Source: Bacillota bacterium
GTDB lineage: Bacteria; Bacillota; Dethiobacteria; DTU022
Assembly: GCA_011389985.1 (NCBI GenBank)
Contig: JAABTH010000001.1
Coordinates: 4,158 to 68,157, forward strand
Length of the DNA stretch: 64,000 nt
Direction: 5' to 3'
Made by a program: the position numbers and the translations under genes. A model generated the notes under the pieces. That model saw nothing but the letters and a program-made list of their open reading frames with translations. It was not told the origin of the DNA and did no database searches. Shown one piece after another: positions 55,844-64,000 of the stretch. Position 1 is the first letter of the stretch. Every line of letters begins with the position of its first letter.

Positions 55844-57721
55844 TTGAGCTTAAAATTTATATCCGGCAATGAAGCGATTGCGTACGGTTCACTCCGGGCC
55901 GGAGTTAAGGTTGTTTCAGGTTATCCCGGAACCCCTTCGTCAGAAGTAATTACAAGTTTGTTGAAGAATAAACCGGAAGGTGTATATGTTGAATGGAGCA
56001 GTAATGAAAAGGTAGCTTTTGAAATTGCAGCGGCTGCTTCCTGGGCGGGACAGCGTGCTTTATGCACCATGAAAATGTCCGGTCTGAACGTGGCCTATGA
56101 TTCACTGGCTTCTGTTGCTTATTCCGGCTGCAGCGGTGCTCTGGTAGTATATGTTGCTGATGATCCCGGTGTTAGTGCAGGGATGTGCGAGCAGGACTCA
56201 AGAGGTTTTGCCCTGATGTCGGATATGCCCATGCTTGAGCCTGCCTCGGTTGAAGAAGCTTACAGCTTAACCCGGTTTGCCTTTGAGCTGTCAGAGTCAA
56301 CCGGGACCCCTGTTTTTATCAGGATGGTAACGGCTACTGCTCTTTCATATGGTGGAATGGATCTAGAGGACCCTCCTGTGTTCCCGGAGCGCGAACCGAA
56401 ACTGATAAAAGATATTGCCAAGTATACAAAAGCCGGTTCAGCAATCTGCCTCGATCAGCACAGTGATGTAATTGAGCGCTTGAGTGAAGCAGGAGAGATC
56501 ATCAGGGGAAAAAAGATAAACAGGTTATCGCTTTCTCCTAAAGCCGGCGGCCTTGGCATTATTGTTGCCGGAGCTGTTTTCCCCTACCTGGAAGAAGGTT
56601 TAAGGCTGGTTGAAGAACATGGTTTCAAAATCGGTCCCGTTTCAACTTTAAAAGTGACAGCGACTGTGCCTTTTCCTGCTGAAGAGGTTAGAAGCTTAAT
56701 CAAGCATTGTTCATCCCTGCTTATTTTGGAAGAGCTCGAGCCCCACCTGGAAAAAGATCTTTATATCGAGGCTCATAAGTTTGGTTTTTCCGGAAAGATA
56801 ATCGGCAAACTTGACGGCACCCTGAGCCGAATTGGTGATTATTCCGCTGAACAAGTGGTTAAAGGGATCGCGGCAGCGTTTACTCTTAATTTACCCGCCG
56901 GTATTTTCGGAGATGAATATAAAGGTGAGAAACTTACTGCTTCAAGGCCTATTACCACCTGTGCCGGCTGCCCACACCGCGGAACATTCTTGGCAATCAA
57001 TAAAGCTATAAAAGAGCTTAAATTTAAAAAAGATGAAGTGGTGGTCACCGGTGACATCGGCTGCACCATTCTTGGCATGAACCCGCCATTTAACACGGTA
57101 TGGACAGAGATATCGATGGGTGCAAGCATCGGATTTGCCCAGGGCTATTATCACAGCGGGGTAAAAACCCCGGTTATCGCCACCATAGGTGATTCTACAT
57201 TTTTCCATGCAGGCATACCATCTCTGGTAAATGCTATTCAGCACCAGGTTCCATTAACGCTGATTATAATGGATAACGGCTGGACCAGTATGACCGGAAT
57301 GCAGGTCAGCCCGGGTACTGATGAAAAGTTTCAGCAGCCAGGCAATCAGCGTCTTGATCTGGCTAAAATATTGCCGGCTCTGGGTATCGATCATTTTAAA
57401 ATGATTAATCCATACGAACTTGAAGAGTCTACTGCGGCAATTCGCGAAGCGATGACTCTTCCCGGTGTAAAGGTAATTCTATCCCGCCAGGAATGTGCAA
57501 TTCAGGCTATGCGTCAGGGTAAACGTTACGGGAAAAGCACGGTTATTGAAGATAACTGTAATAAATGCAAGCTGTGCATTACTGTTACCGGCTGCCCGGC
57601 AATTTCTCTCGGAGAGGAATCGATCGTTATAGATCCGGCTTTATGCTATGGCTGCGGTCTTTGCAGCCAGGTGTGCAATCGCGAAGCGATTGAAAGGGGG
57701 CCTGTAAAAGATGTATTATGA
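55844..57721 (+). CDS. iorA: indolepyruvate:ferredoxin oxidoreductase subunit alpha (IorA; TPP enzyme with 2x[4Fe-4S])
   Basis: ISGNEAIAYGSLRAGVKVVSGYPGTPSSEV at the N-terminus, a TPP-binding GDIGC/GDSTFFH region, and C-terminal CNKCKLCITVTGCP / CYGCGLCSQVC. Start placed at a TTG with a GGAGG RBS 7 nt upstream; the track ORF starts earlier, inside the leader. Confidence 0.85.
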   Translation: MSLKFISGNEAIAYGSLRAGVKVVSGYPGTPSSEVITSLLKNKPEGVYVEWSSNEKVAFEIAAAASWAGQRALCTMKMSGLNVAYDSLASVAYSGCSGALVVYVADDPGVSAGMCEQDSRGFALMSDMPMLEPASVEEAYSLTRFAFELSESTGTPVFIRMVTATALSYGGMDLEDPPVFPEREPKLIKDIAKYTKAGSAICLDQHSDVIERLSEAGEIIRGKKINRLSLSPKAGGLGIIVAGAVFPYLEEGLRLVEEHGFKIGPVSTLKVTATVPFPAEEVRSLIKHCSSLLILEELEPHLEKDLYIEAHKFGFSGKIIGKLDGTLSRIGDYSAEQVVKGIAAAFTLNLPAGIFGDEYKGEKLTASRPITTCAGCPHRGTFLAINKAIKELKFKKDEVVVTGDIGCTILGMNPPFNTVWTEISMGASIGFAQGYYHSGVKTPVIATIGDSTFFHAGIPSLVNAIQHQVPLTLIIMDNGWTSMTGMQVSPGTDEKFQQPGNQRLDLAKILPALGIDHFKMINPYELEESTAAIREAMTLPGVKVILSRQECAIQAMRQGKRYGKSTVIEDNCNKCKLCITVTGCPAISLGEESIVIDPALCYGCGLCSQVCNREAIERGPVKDVL

Positions 57722-58307
57722 TATTTATCTGGTTGGCGTAGGCGGCCAGGGTATACTTACAATCGGTGAAATTATTGCCGAAGCGGCCTTAAAACTTGAT
57801 ATTCCTGCCAATTTTTACCCGACCAAGGGGATGGCTCAGCGGGGTGGTTTTGTTAAAGCTCAGCTGCGTCTGGGTAGTTACAATGTGGGTCCAAGTATCG
57901 CTGAAAAAGGAGCTAACCTGGTTATTGCCATGGAGCTTTCCGAATCGCTGAAAGCACTGCGTTACTTTAAACCGGATGGTGATTTTGCCCTTTACAGTTC
58001 GGTCTGGTCTCCTACGGCTGTAATGCTTGGAAAAGCGCCATATCCGGCAGTAGAAGAAGTTTTAGCAGAGATTAACAAAACAGGTGGAAGGACTATCCAC
58101 ATCAAACCTGAAGAAAGACCGCAATTTGAAGGACAGCCCGTCCCTGAAAATGTTTATGTTTTAGGAGCTGTATGTCGCCATTCTTCATTGGGCCGGTTTA
58201 TCGACCCTGAGGAAATCAGGGCTACCATAAAGACCAGGTGGAAAAAGGGAATAGAAAGAAATCTATATACTTTTGATGCCGGGTTTAATCTTAACAATCA
58301 AGATTAA
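57711..58307 (+). CDS. iorB: indolepyruvate:ferredoxin oxidoreductase subunit beta (IorB)
   Basis: MYYDIYLVGVGGQGILTIGEIIAEAA is the pyruvate/ketoisovalerate oxidoreductase gamma-like signature. Overlaps the iorA stop (ATGA). Confidence 0.85.
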   Translation: MYYDIYLVGVGGQGILTIGEIIAEAALKLDIPANFYPTKGMAQRGGFVKAQLRLGSYNVGPSIAEKGANLVIAMELSESLKALRYFKPDGDFALYSSVWSPTAVMLGKAPYPAVEEVLAEINKTGGRTIHIKPEERPQFEGQPVPENVYVLGAVCRHSSLGRFIDPEEIRATIKTRWKKGIERNLYTFDAGFNLNNQD

Positions 58308-58367
58308 TATGCGTCCTCTTATGATAAAATAGTAATAATTATTCATTGTGATGTTGATAATTCGGAG

Positions 58368-59810
58368 GTGTTCAAAATAACCGCGTATCGTTCAAATTAT
58401 AGTCAACAGTTATCCCCGAAGTTAAGCTGGTTCTGCGAAAGCCAGATCGAAGAGATTCACAGCGCTACAATTGATGTTCTTGAGAGAGTTGGTGTAAGGG
58501 TTGATCATGATCAAGCCCTCAGACTTTTAAAAGATGCAGGGTGTATAGTAAAAGACCGCGTGGCCAGAATTCCGGGCTGGCTCGTCGATGAAGCAATCAA
58601 ACTTGCTCCTTCAAAAGTCAATATTTACAGCCGTGAGGGCGAACCGGCGATGAGCCTGGAAAAGAATTGCACTTATTATGGCACTGGTTCAGATTTGCCC
58701 TTTCACCTTGATCTTGAAACGGGAGAAAGGCGGGGATCTGTTAAACAAGATATCATTAATGCTGCAGCTATTATGGAAAATCTTCCTAATTTTGATTTTG
58801 TGATGAGCTACGCCATACCAGGCGATGTAGAGGCTGCAAGAGGCTGCCTGCACCAATTTGCAGCGCTCACCCTACATACGGCCAAGCCAGTTATCTTTAC
58901 CGCTTTGAGTGAAGAGCACACCAGGACAATTATCGAAATGGCCGCTGCCGCGGCCGGTTCTTATGACAACCTGCGGGCTAAACCTTATATTATTATCTAC
59001 GATGAACCAATTTCACCCCTGGTCCATACTTATGATGGTATTGCTAAAATGTTTGCCTGCATAGAACATGGCATACCGGTTATTTATACACCCGGTGTTG
59101 TTGCCGGAGGAACCTGCCCGGTAACAAAGGCCGGCACAATTGTGCAGATGAACGCGGAATCTCTTTCCGGCCTTGTTATAGCCCAGCTTAAGCAAAAGGG
59201 CGCTGCCGTTATTATTGGCGGTGGGGCAACCCCGATGGATATGAAAACTACGGCGACGCTTTATGGCTCACCGGAGGCGGCGATGAACTATGCTGCTATG
59301 ACAGAGCTTGCTCAGTATTACAGGTTACCCAATTTCACTGAGGCGGGCTGCTGCAATGCTCCTGTGCCCGACGCCCAGGCCGGGATGGAAGCGGCAATTG
59401 GTCTTTTGCTTAACCAGCTGTGCGGCGCCAACCTGGTTCACGACGTGGGCTACCTTGATTGTGGAAAAACCGGATCACTGCCTTTCCTGGTAATGTGTGA
59501 TGATTTTATCAGCGCTGTTCGGTATATCGGGGCAGGAACCCCGATCAACAGCGATACAATCGGCGTCGATACCATTGTAGAGGTTGGCCCGGCAGGCCAT
59601 TATCTTGGTGAAGATCATACCATGAAACATTTTCGTAATGAGATCTGGATGCCTGCAGTATTTAACAGAATGATGTATGAAGTCTGGGAGCAGCTGGGCA
59701 GTAAAGACTGTTTGGATCTGGCCCGGGAAAAGGTAATCAATATTCTAAAGGATGAGCCGACTAATGAACTATCGCCGGCTATATCCAGGCAGATTATAAG
59801 CTTGTTGTAA
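58368..59810 (+). CDS. MttB-superfamily methyltransferase (trimethylamine methyltransferase family, non-pyrrolysine member; quaternary-amine:corrinoid methyltransferase-like)
   Basis: 480 aa, continuous with no in-frame TAG. Conserved MttB-family N-terminal region (QIEEIHSATIDVLERVGVRVDHDQALRLLKDAGC). Start codon uncertain: the GTG at 58368 abuts the GGAGG. Confidence 0.8.
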   Translation: MFKITAYRSNYSQQLSPKLSWFCESQIEEIHSATIDVLERVGVRVDHDQALRLLKDAGCIVKDRVARIPGWLVDEAIKLAPSKVNIYSREGEPAMSLEKNCTYYGTGSDLPFHLDLETGERRGSVKQDIINAAAIMENLPNFDFVMSYAIPGDVEAARGCLHQFAALTLHTAKPVIFTALSEEHTRTIIEMAAAAAGSYDNLRAKPYIIIYDEPISPLVHTYDGIAKMFACIEHGIPVIYTPGVVAGGTCPVTKAGTIVQMNAESLSGLVIAQLKQKGAAVIIGGGATPMDMKTTATLYGSPEAAMNYAAMTELAQYYRLPNFTEAGCCNAPVPDAQAGMEAAIGLLLNQLCGANLVHDVGYLDCGKTGSLPFLVMCDDFISAVRYIGAGTPINSDTIGVDTIVEVGPAGHYLGEDHTMKHFRNEIWMPAVFNRMMYEVWEQLGSKDCLDLAREKVINILKDEPTNELSPAISRQIISLL

Positions 59811-60509
59811 GAATTAAGGTGAACCTTAATAAGAGACTGAACAAGTGGATTACTTTTCGGGAAGATTTATTTCCCCTCTAAGAAGGAGATCCGGGTGGAT
59901 TAGAACCTGACGAACATGTACATCGCTAGCAGGATTATAATCCGACAGCATTCTCAAGACAAAAGAAGTATTGGAGGGTTTTTGGTATGCAACCATTTAC
60001 ACACAAGCAATCTTTCTTTGGATATGTTATGTTGGCGACATTTTTAACATTTTAATAGCACCTTGAGGACAAGAGTTAGAGCAAAGCCCACAGCCTATAC
60101 ATAAATCTTGGTTAAATGCAACTTCTTTCTAGAAATAATAATTAATCATGGCAAGAAAAAAATGAACATTTAGCTGCTCAAATTAACAACCCTATGCTAT
60201 AGGCTGCTACATACACATTAAGATTTAACTGTATTTAATGGAGCAATGCATTCTTTTGAAAGGGAATATGAGGAACGCCTGAGTCAAGCGAAGAGAATCA
60301 TACAATTATTCACAAGATTATTCAACGCAATTATTGAAACATAAGCATTATTGTTAACTATACAAGCAAAATAGATTTAACTATGCCTGACCGTATCAAG
60401 GATAAAAGTTATGCAAATCGTATAAATGTTATGCATTTTCGGATAGCCCCTACCACTATTAATGATATAGAGTTTAAAATATTAGTGATGCATAAATTTT
60501 ATGCGAATA

Positions 60510-62222
60510 CTATTCAGGTTTAGTAATATCAAGCTTTTTCATCCTATAATCCAGGCTTTGTCTTATTATACCTAATTCTTTAGATGTTTTAGTCAAATGC
60601 CAGTTGTTTTTCAACAAGCTTTTTCGAAGTATCCTTGCTTCAAACGTATTTAGCATTTTGGGCAATGATTGAGTTGAATTTGTGCGAGAACTCAAATCGT
60701 CTTGTTGGACGAGACTGTCTATAAAGAAGTCTGGTAAATGTTCAACGCCTAATTGCTTTCCATCAGCTTTTATCATTGCAGATTGTATGGTGTGTTCAAG
60801 TTCACGTATATTCCCCGGCCATTGATATTTAATTAATGTCTGTTGAAGTTCATTCACCAAAAATTCAATTTTCTTACCTAACAGCTTTTTATGTTTATTG
60901 ATGAAATAATAAGAGAGATAAATAATATCCTTATCGCGTTCTCTTAAAGGCGGTATTTGAATAATCGCTCCAGCAATTCTATAATAGAAATCTTCTCGTA
61001 GAATATTTCTTTCGATTAATTCCGCAGGGTTTTTATTAGTAGCACAGATTAATCTACAATTAACTGGTATTGTATTTAACCCCCCGATTTTCCTAATAAG
61101 CTTTTCTTCAACCGCCCGAAGAAGTTTAGTTTGTAGCGTGATTGGGAGTGAATTGACTTCATCTAAAAACAAGGTCCCCTTCTTGGCTGCTTCAAATAAA
61201 CCAATTCGATCTACTGCACCAGTATAGGAACCCTTAACAGTACCAAAGAGTGTACTTTCAAGTAAATTTTCAGGGATAGCGGCACAGTTAATAGCAATAA
61301 ATGGTTCGTTTTGATTCTGACCAAAGTTATGGATACTCTGGGCAAAAAGCTCTTTTCCTGTTCCCGTTTCACCTACAATTAGTACATTGGTCTGCATTAA
61401 AGCAACATTCTGGGCTTCTTTAATTAGACCTTTCATCTTCTTGCTTTCTGATTTTATATTATCAAATGTATACTTTGTGCCATTTCTGTTTATCGGTCTT
61501 TCGCTTTGACTACTATCATTTGAGAATAATTGTCTTTTTAAATCAATGGTTTCGTGTAGCAGGTTTCTTAATGACGTTTCATTTTTACTGACAGTATAGA
61601 CGGCAATGGTCTTGCCGTTTTTATAAATTGGATATGTGCTATATGAAAGATATTTAGCTTCGCCATTAGTAAATGCATGTGCCTTATAAGCATTAAATAT
61701 CGGTTTGCCGGAATTAAACACCTCTCTGTGCTCAGACAGCTCTGGATTATTGTATCCATATGCATCCCAGAGATATTTTCTTAGTATATTTTTTGCTTTT
61801 AATCCTTCCAATTCTTCTTGAGACTTATTATATAGAACTAATCTGCCATTATGGTCGCTGATAATGACACCCTCATAGATGTTATCAATAATCTCTTCCA
61901 GGCAATAAAGCCTAACACTATCATTGCAAAAATCTACCATGCTGTTAAAAATAATAATCTGGTATTCGTTTTCTTCAGATTGGCATAGCTTTAACTTTAC
62001 CTCATATACTTTATCTCTTATAGTATGTAAGGTCTCGCCATCTTTTTTCAAGGATTTTAGATCAATATCAATCACAGATGATAGTGAATTACCATATATA
62101 ACTTCCCTGGTGCATAACGGTTTTATTTTTCGATCAGCAAAAATAATTTGATCACTTTCATCTAATACTATGCAACCATCTATATATTCTTCCAGTAATT
62201 CAATTAAAAACAACCCTTCCAT
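60510..62222 (-). CDS. sigma-54-dependent transcriptional activator (bacterial enhancer-binding protein) with N-terminal PAS domains and C-terminal Fis-type HTH
   Basis: AAA+ sigma-54 interaction domain (VLIVGETGTGKELFAQSIH; the GAFTGA-type loop reads GSYTGA; ...), then C-terminal HTH LTKTSKELGIIRQSLDYRMKKL. Transcribed divergently from hutU. Confidence 0.85.
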   Translation of the reverse strand: MEGLFLIELLEEYIDGCIVLDESDQIIFADRKIKPLCTREVIYGNSLSSVIDIDLKSLKKDGETLHTIRDKVYEVKLKLCQSEENEYQIIIFNSMVDFCNDSVRLYCLEEIIDNIYEGVIISDHNGRLVLYNKSQEELEGLKAKNILRKYLWDAYGYNNPELSEHREVFNSGKPIFNAYKAHAFTNGEAKYLSYSTYPIYKNGKTIAVYTVSKNETSLRNLLHETIDLKRQLFSNDSSQSERPINRNGTKYTFDNIKSESKKMKGLIKEAQNVALMQTNVLIVGETGTGKELFAQSIHNFGQNQNEPFIAINCAAIPENLLESTLFGTVKGSYTGAVDRIGLFEAAKKGTLFLDEVNSLPITLQTKLLRAVEEKLIRKIGGLNTIPVNCRLICATNKNPAELIERNILREDFYYRIAGAIIQIPPLRERDKDIIYLSYYFINKHKKLLGKKIEFLVNELQQTLIKYQWPGNIRELEHTIQSAMIKADGKQLGVEHLPDFFIDSLVQQDDLSSRTNSTQSLPKMLNTFEARILRKSLLKNNWHLTKTSKELGIIRQSLDYRMKKLDITKPE

Positions 62223-62366
62223 TTATTCACATCCCCAGTCAAATCTTTTGGATATTAAAGCTTACTTCTTCTTCCTGATAATATTTCCTTTTCTAACTAC
62301 CAACTGATAACTAAAATTTAATCTGCATTATAAAAAAAATACAGGCCAAACTTTTATATAACAACT

Positions 62367-62381
62367 TGGCATGATAGTTGC
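62367..62381 (+). promoter_or_regulatory. sigma-54 (-24/-12) promoter TGGCAT-N5-TTGC upstream of hutU
   Basis: TTGGCATGATAGTTGC is seen directly, ~40 nt upstream of the hutU start and adjacent to the divergent sigma-54 activator gene. Confidence 0.65.
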
Positions 62382-62421
62382 GTTGTAGTATCAAGTAATT
62401 ATTGTTGAGGAGGTAATCAAA

Positions 62422-64000
62422 TTGACAAAACCGGAAATCTATTATTCTGTTAAGGCAGAGCGGGGAGCGAACCTACGTTGCAAAGGTTGGAAACAGGAGA
62501 CCATCCTGCGCATGCTCGAAAATAACATGGAAAACGCAGAAAAACCGGAAGAATTGGTTATATATGGAGGCATCGGCAAGTGTGCCCGAAACTGGGAATC
62601 ATATCACGCCATAGTTAAAGCCTTAAAAGATCTGGAAAATGACGAGACACTGGTCATGCAGTCAGGAATGCCTGTAGCAGTTTTTAAAACGCACAGGCTA
62701 GCCCCGACAGTTGTGATGGCCAACACTAATATAATGAAAGCAACCTGGCCTATTTTTTACGAATTGCAGGACAAAAATTTAACAATGTTTGCCCAGTACA
62801 CAGCTGCTCCCTGGGAATATATTGGCACCCAGGGAGTAATTCAGGGAACTTTTGAAACCCTTTCAGCGGTGGCCAGAAAATGCTATGATGACTCGCTCGT
62901 TGGTAAAATTTTATTGACGGCAGGTGCTGGTGGGATGGGTGGCAATCAAACCAGGGCGATGACCATGCATGGAGGTGTAGCTATACTGTGTGATGCTAAC
63001 AGGGAGATTATCGAAAGACGTATAAGTAAAAAATTTATGGATGTTTTGGTAGGTTCACTGGACGAAGCGATTATAATGGCGAAAGAGTTTGCTGCGAAAA
63101 AAGAAACTATTGGCATCGGCGTTGTTGGCAACGCTGCTGATATTTTTGAAGAGGCTCTAGCAAAGGGGTTTAGCCCGGATATCGTTACAGAGATGTGCCC
63201 CTGTCACGATCCTCTTTCTTATATCCCATCCGGTTTTACCCCCCAGGAAGCTGACCGACTGAGAATTGAAAACAGGGAACTTTATCTTAAAAAAGCACAG
63301 GAGACTATGATCAGGCAGCTTAGGGCAATGAATGAGTTCTATGAAAGGGAAATCCCCACTTTCGAATATGGAACCAGTATCCGCAAAGAATGTCGTGACG
63401 CAGGGATGCCGGAAGAAGAGGCAATGATAATACCTGGTTTTGTCGCCGAATATATCCGGCCCTTATTCTGTGAAGGGCGTGGCCCTTTCCGCTGGACTTG
63501 TATATCAGGTGAAGCGAGTGATTTAAGCAAACTTGATGATCTTTGCCTTGAGATGTTTGAAGATGATCTTTTAGTAACAAGATGGATCGGGCTTGCCAGG
63601 CAGCATATTCCGATTGAAGCCTTGCCGGCAAGGATTTGTTATCTTGGTTTCGGGCAGCGTAAGAGATTTGCCCTTGCAGTAAATGCTTTGATTAGAACAG
63701 GCGAAGTGAAAGGCCCTGTGGCTTTTTCAAGAGATAATCTAGATTCCGGCTCTATAGTTAACCCTACTTTCGAATCAGAGAATATGCCGGACGGTAGTGA
63801 CCTTATATCGGACTGGCCAATGTTAAACGGGCTGTTAAATGCTATTGGGATGTCTGATTTAATAGCAATACAGGCTAATTACTCGATGGGCGAAGCGGTG
63901 CATACAGGGGTTACTATGATTGCCGATGGCACGGATGAAGCGGATCTCAGGCTTTCCGTTTGCATGACTGTAGACTCGGGTATCGGAGTTGTCCGGCATG
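62422..64000 (+). CDS. hutU: urocanate hydratase (HutU), partial; continues beyond window end
   Basis: LRCKGWKQETILRMLENNMENAEKPEELVIYGGIGKCARNWESYHAIVKALKDLENDETLVMQSGMPVAVFKTH...GAGGMGGNQ aligns with HutU along the whole visible length. TTG start with a GAGGAGG RBS. Missing from the ORF track because it has no stop inside the window. Confidence 0.9.
   Translation, partial: MTKPEIYYSVKAERGANLRCKGWKQETILRMLENNMENAEKPEELVIYGGIGKCARNWESYHAIVKALKDLENDETLVMQSGMPVAVFKTHRLAPTVVMANTNIMKATWPIFYELQDKNLTMFAQYTAAPWEYIGTQGVIQGTFETLSAVARKCYDDSLVGKILLTAGAGGMGGNQTRAMTMHGGVAILCDANREIIERRISKKFMDVLVGSLDEAIIMAKEFAAKKETIGIGVVGNAADIFEEALAKGFSPDIVTEMCPCHDPLSYIPSGFTPQEADRLRIENRELYLKKAQETMIRQLRAMNEFYEREIPTFEYGTSIRKECRDAGMPEEEAMIIPGFVAEYIRPLFCEGRGPFRWTCISGEASDLSKLDDLCLEMFEDDLLVTRWIGLARQHIPIEALPARICYLGFGQRKRFALAVNALIRTGEVKGPVAFSRDNLDSGSIVNPTFESENMPDGSDLISDWPMLNGLLNAIGMSDLIAIQANYSMGEAVHTGVTMIADGTDEADLRLSVCMTVDSGIGVVRH

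Noticed and set aside
58368-59810. Possible pyrrolysine (in-frame TAG) in the MttB-family gene
   Set aside because: The reading frame is continuous with no internal amber codon, so this is a non-Pyl family member.
1-64000. CRISPR arrays, rRNA or tRNA genes
   Set aside because: No short direct-repeat/spacer arrays were found. The only repeat families are the REP-like palindrome and the intragenic 90-nt repeat. No tRNA-like T-arm or acceptor signatures were noticed in the large intergenic gaps.

Overview
The window is a 64 kb chromosomal segment from what is probably a spore-forming, strictly anaerobic Firmicute of the Clostridia class, possibly Peptococcaceae-like. The guess rests on ytfI/ytfJ(gerW) sporulation genes, many ferredoxin and Fe-S enzymes, indolepyruvate:ferredoxin oxidoreductase, an ADP-forming acyl-CoA synthetase, an MttB-superfamily methyltransferase, HutP and sigma-54 control.

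The first ~24 kb looks accessory or stress-related. It holds a VapBC module, an orphan HicB, CsbD, a GlsB/YeaQ-type membrane protein, a CPBP protease, a frameshifted SplB-like radical-SAM remnant, and an EncFtn-encapsulin operon. A 5'-truncated serine-hydrolase remnant lies further on at 22650-23714. A TetR / 2x paralogous membrane protein / ABC exporter operon and an ECF sigma/anti-sigma pair are also present. A ~27-nt palindromic REP-like element occurs six times in the first 20 kb: two extended direct copies bracket the encapsulin operon, and two inverted copies flank a REP-associated tyrosine transposase gene.

The middle holds a redox cluster (FAD flavoprotein, nitroreductase, polyferredoxin-like membrane protein), small stress proteins (dodecin, Usp), a GH3-family adenylating enzyme, a GGDEF/HD-GYP sensor, a DHH phosphoesterase, an NagZ-like lipoprotein and lepA.

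The last ~18 kb is a catabolic island: DMT and MFS transporters, a URO-D-family methyltransferase, a QueG-like Fe-S protein, a BKACE enzyme, a hisC-like aminotransferase, an ADP-forming acyl-CoA synthetase, a HutP homolog, iorAB, an MttB-superfamily protein without an in-frame amber codon, a PAS/sigma-54 activator, and hutU behind a canonical -24/-12 promoter.

The most interesting signal is that the HutP homolog sits directly upstream of iorAB. Both the iorAB leader and the hisC-like leader carry NAG-N4-NAG-N4-NAG triplet sets whose third triplet overlaps the 5' arm of a terminator-like hairpin. That is the B. subtilis HutP antitermination architecture, here apparently rewired onto a transamination/IOR/ACD route.

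No rRNA, tRNA or CRISPR array was recognised. Coordinates of hand-placed starts and motifs may be off by 1-2 nt.
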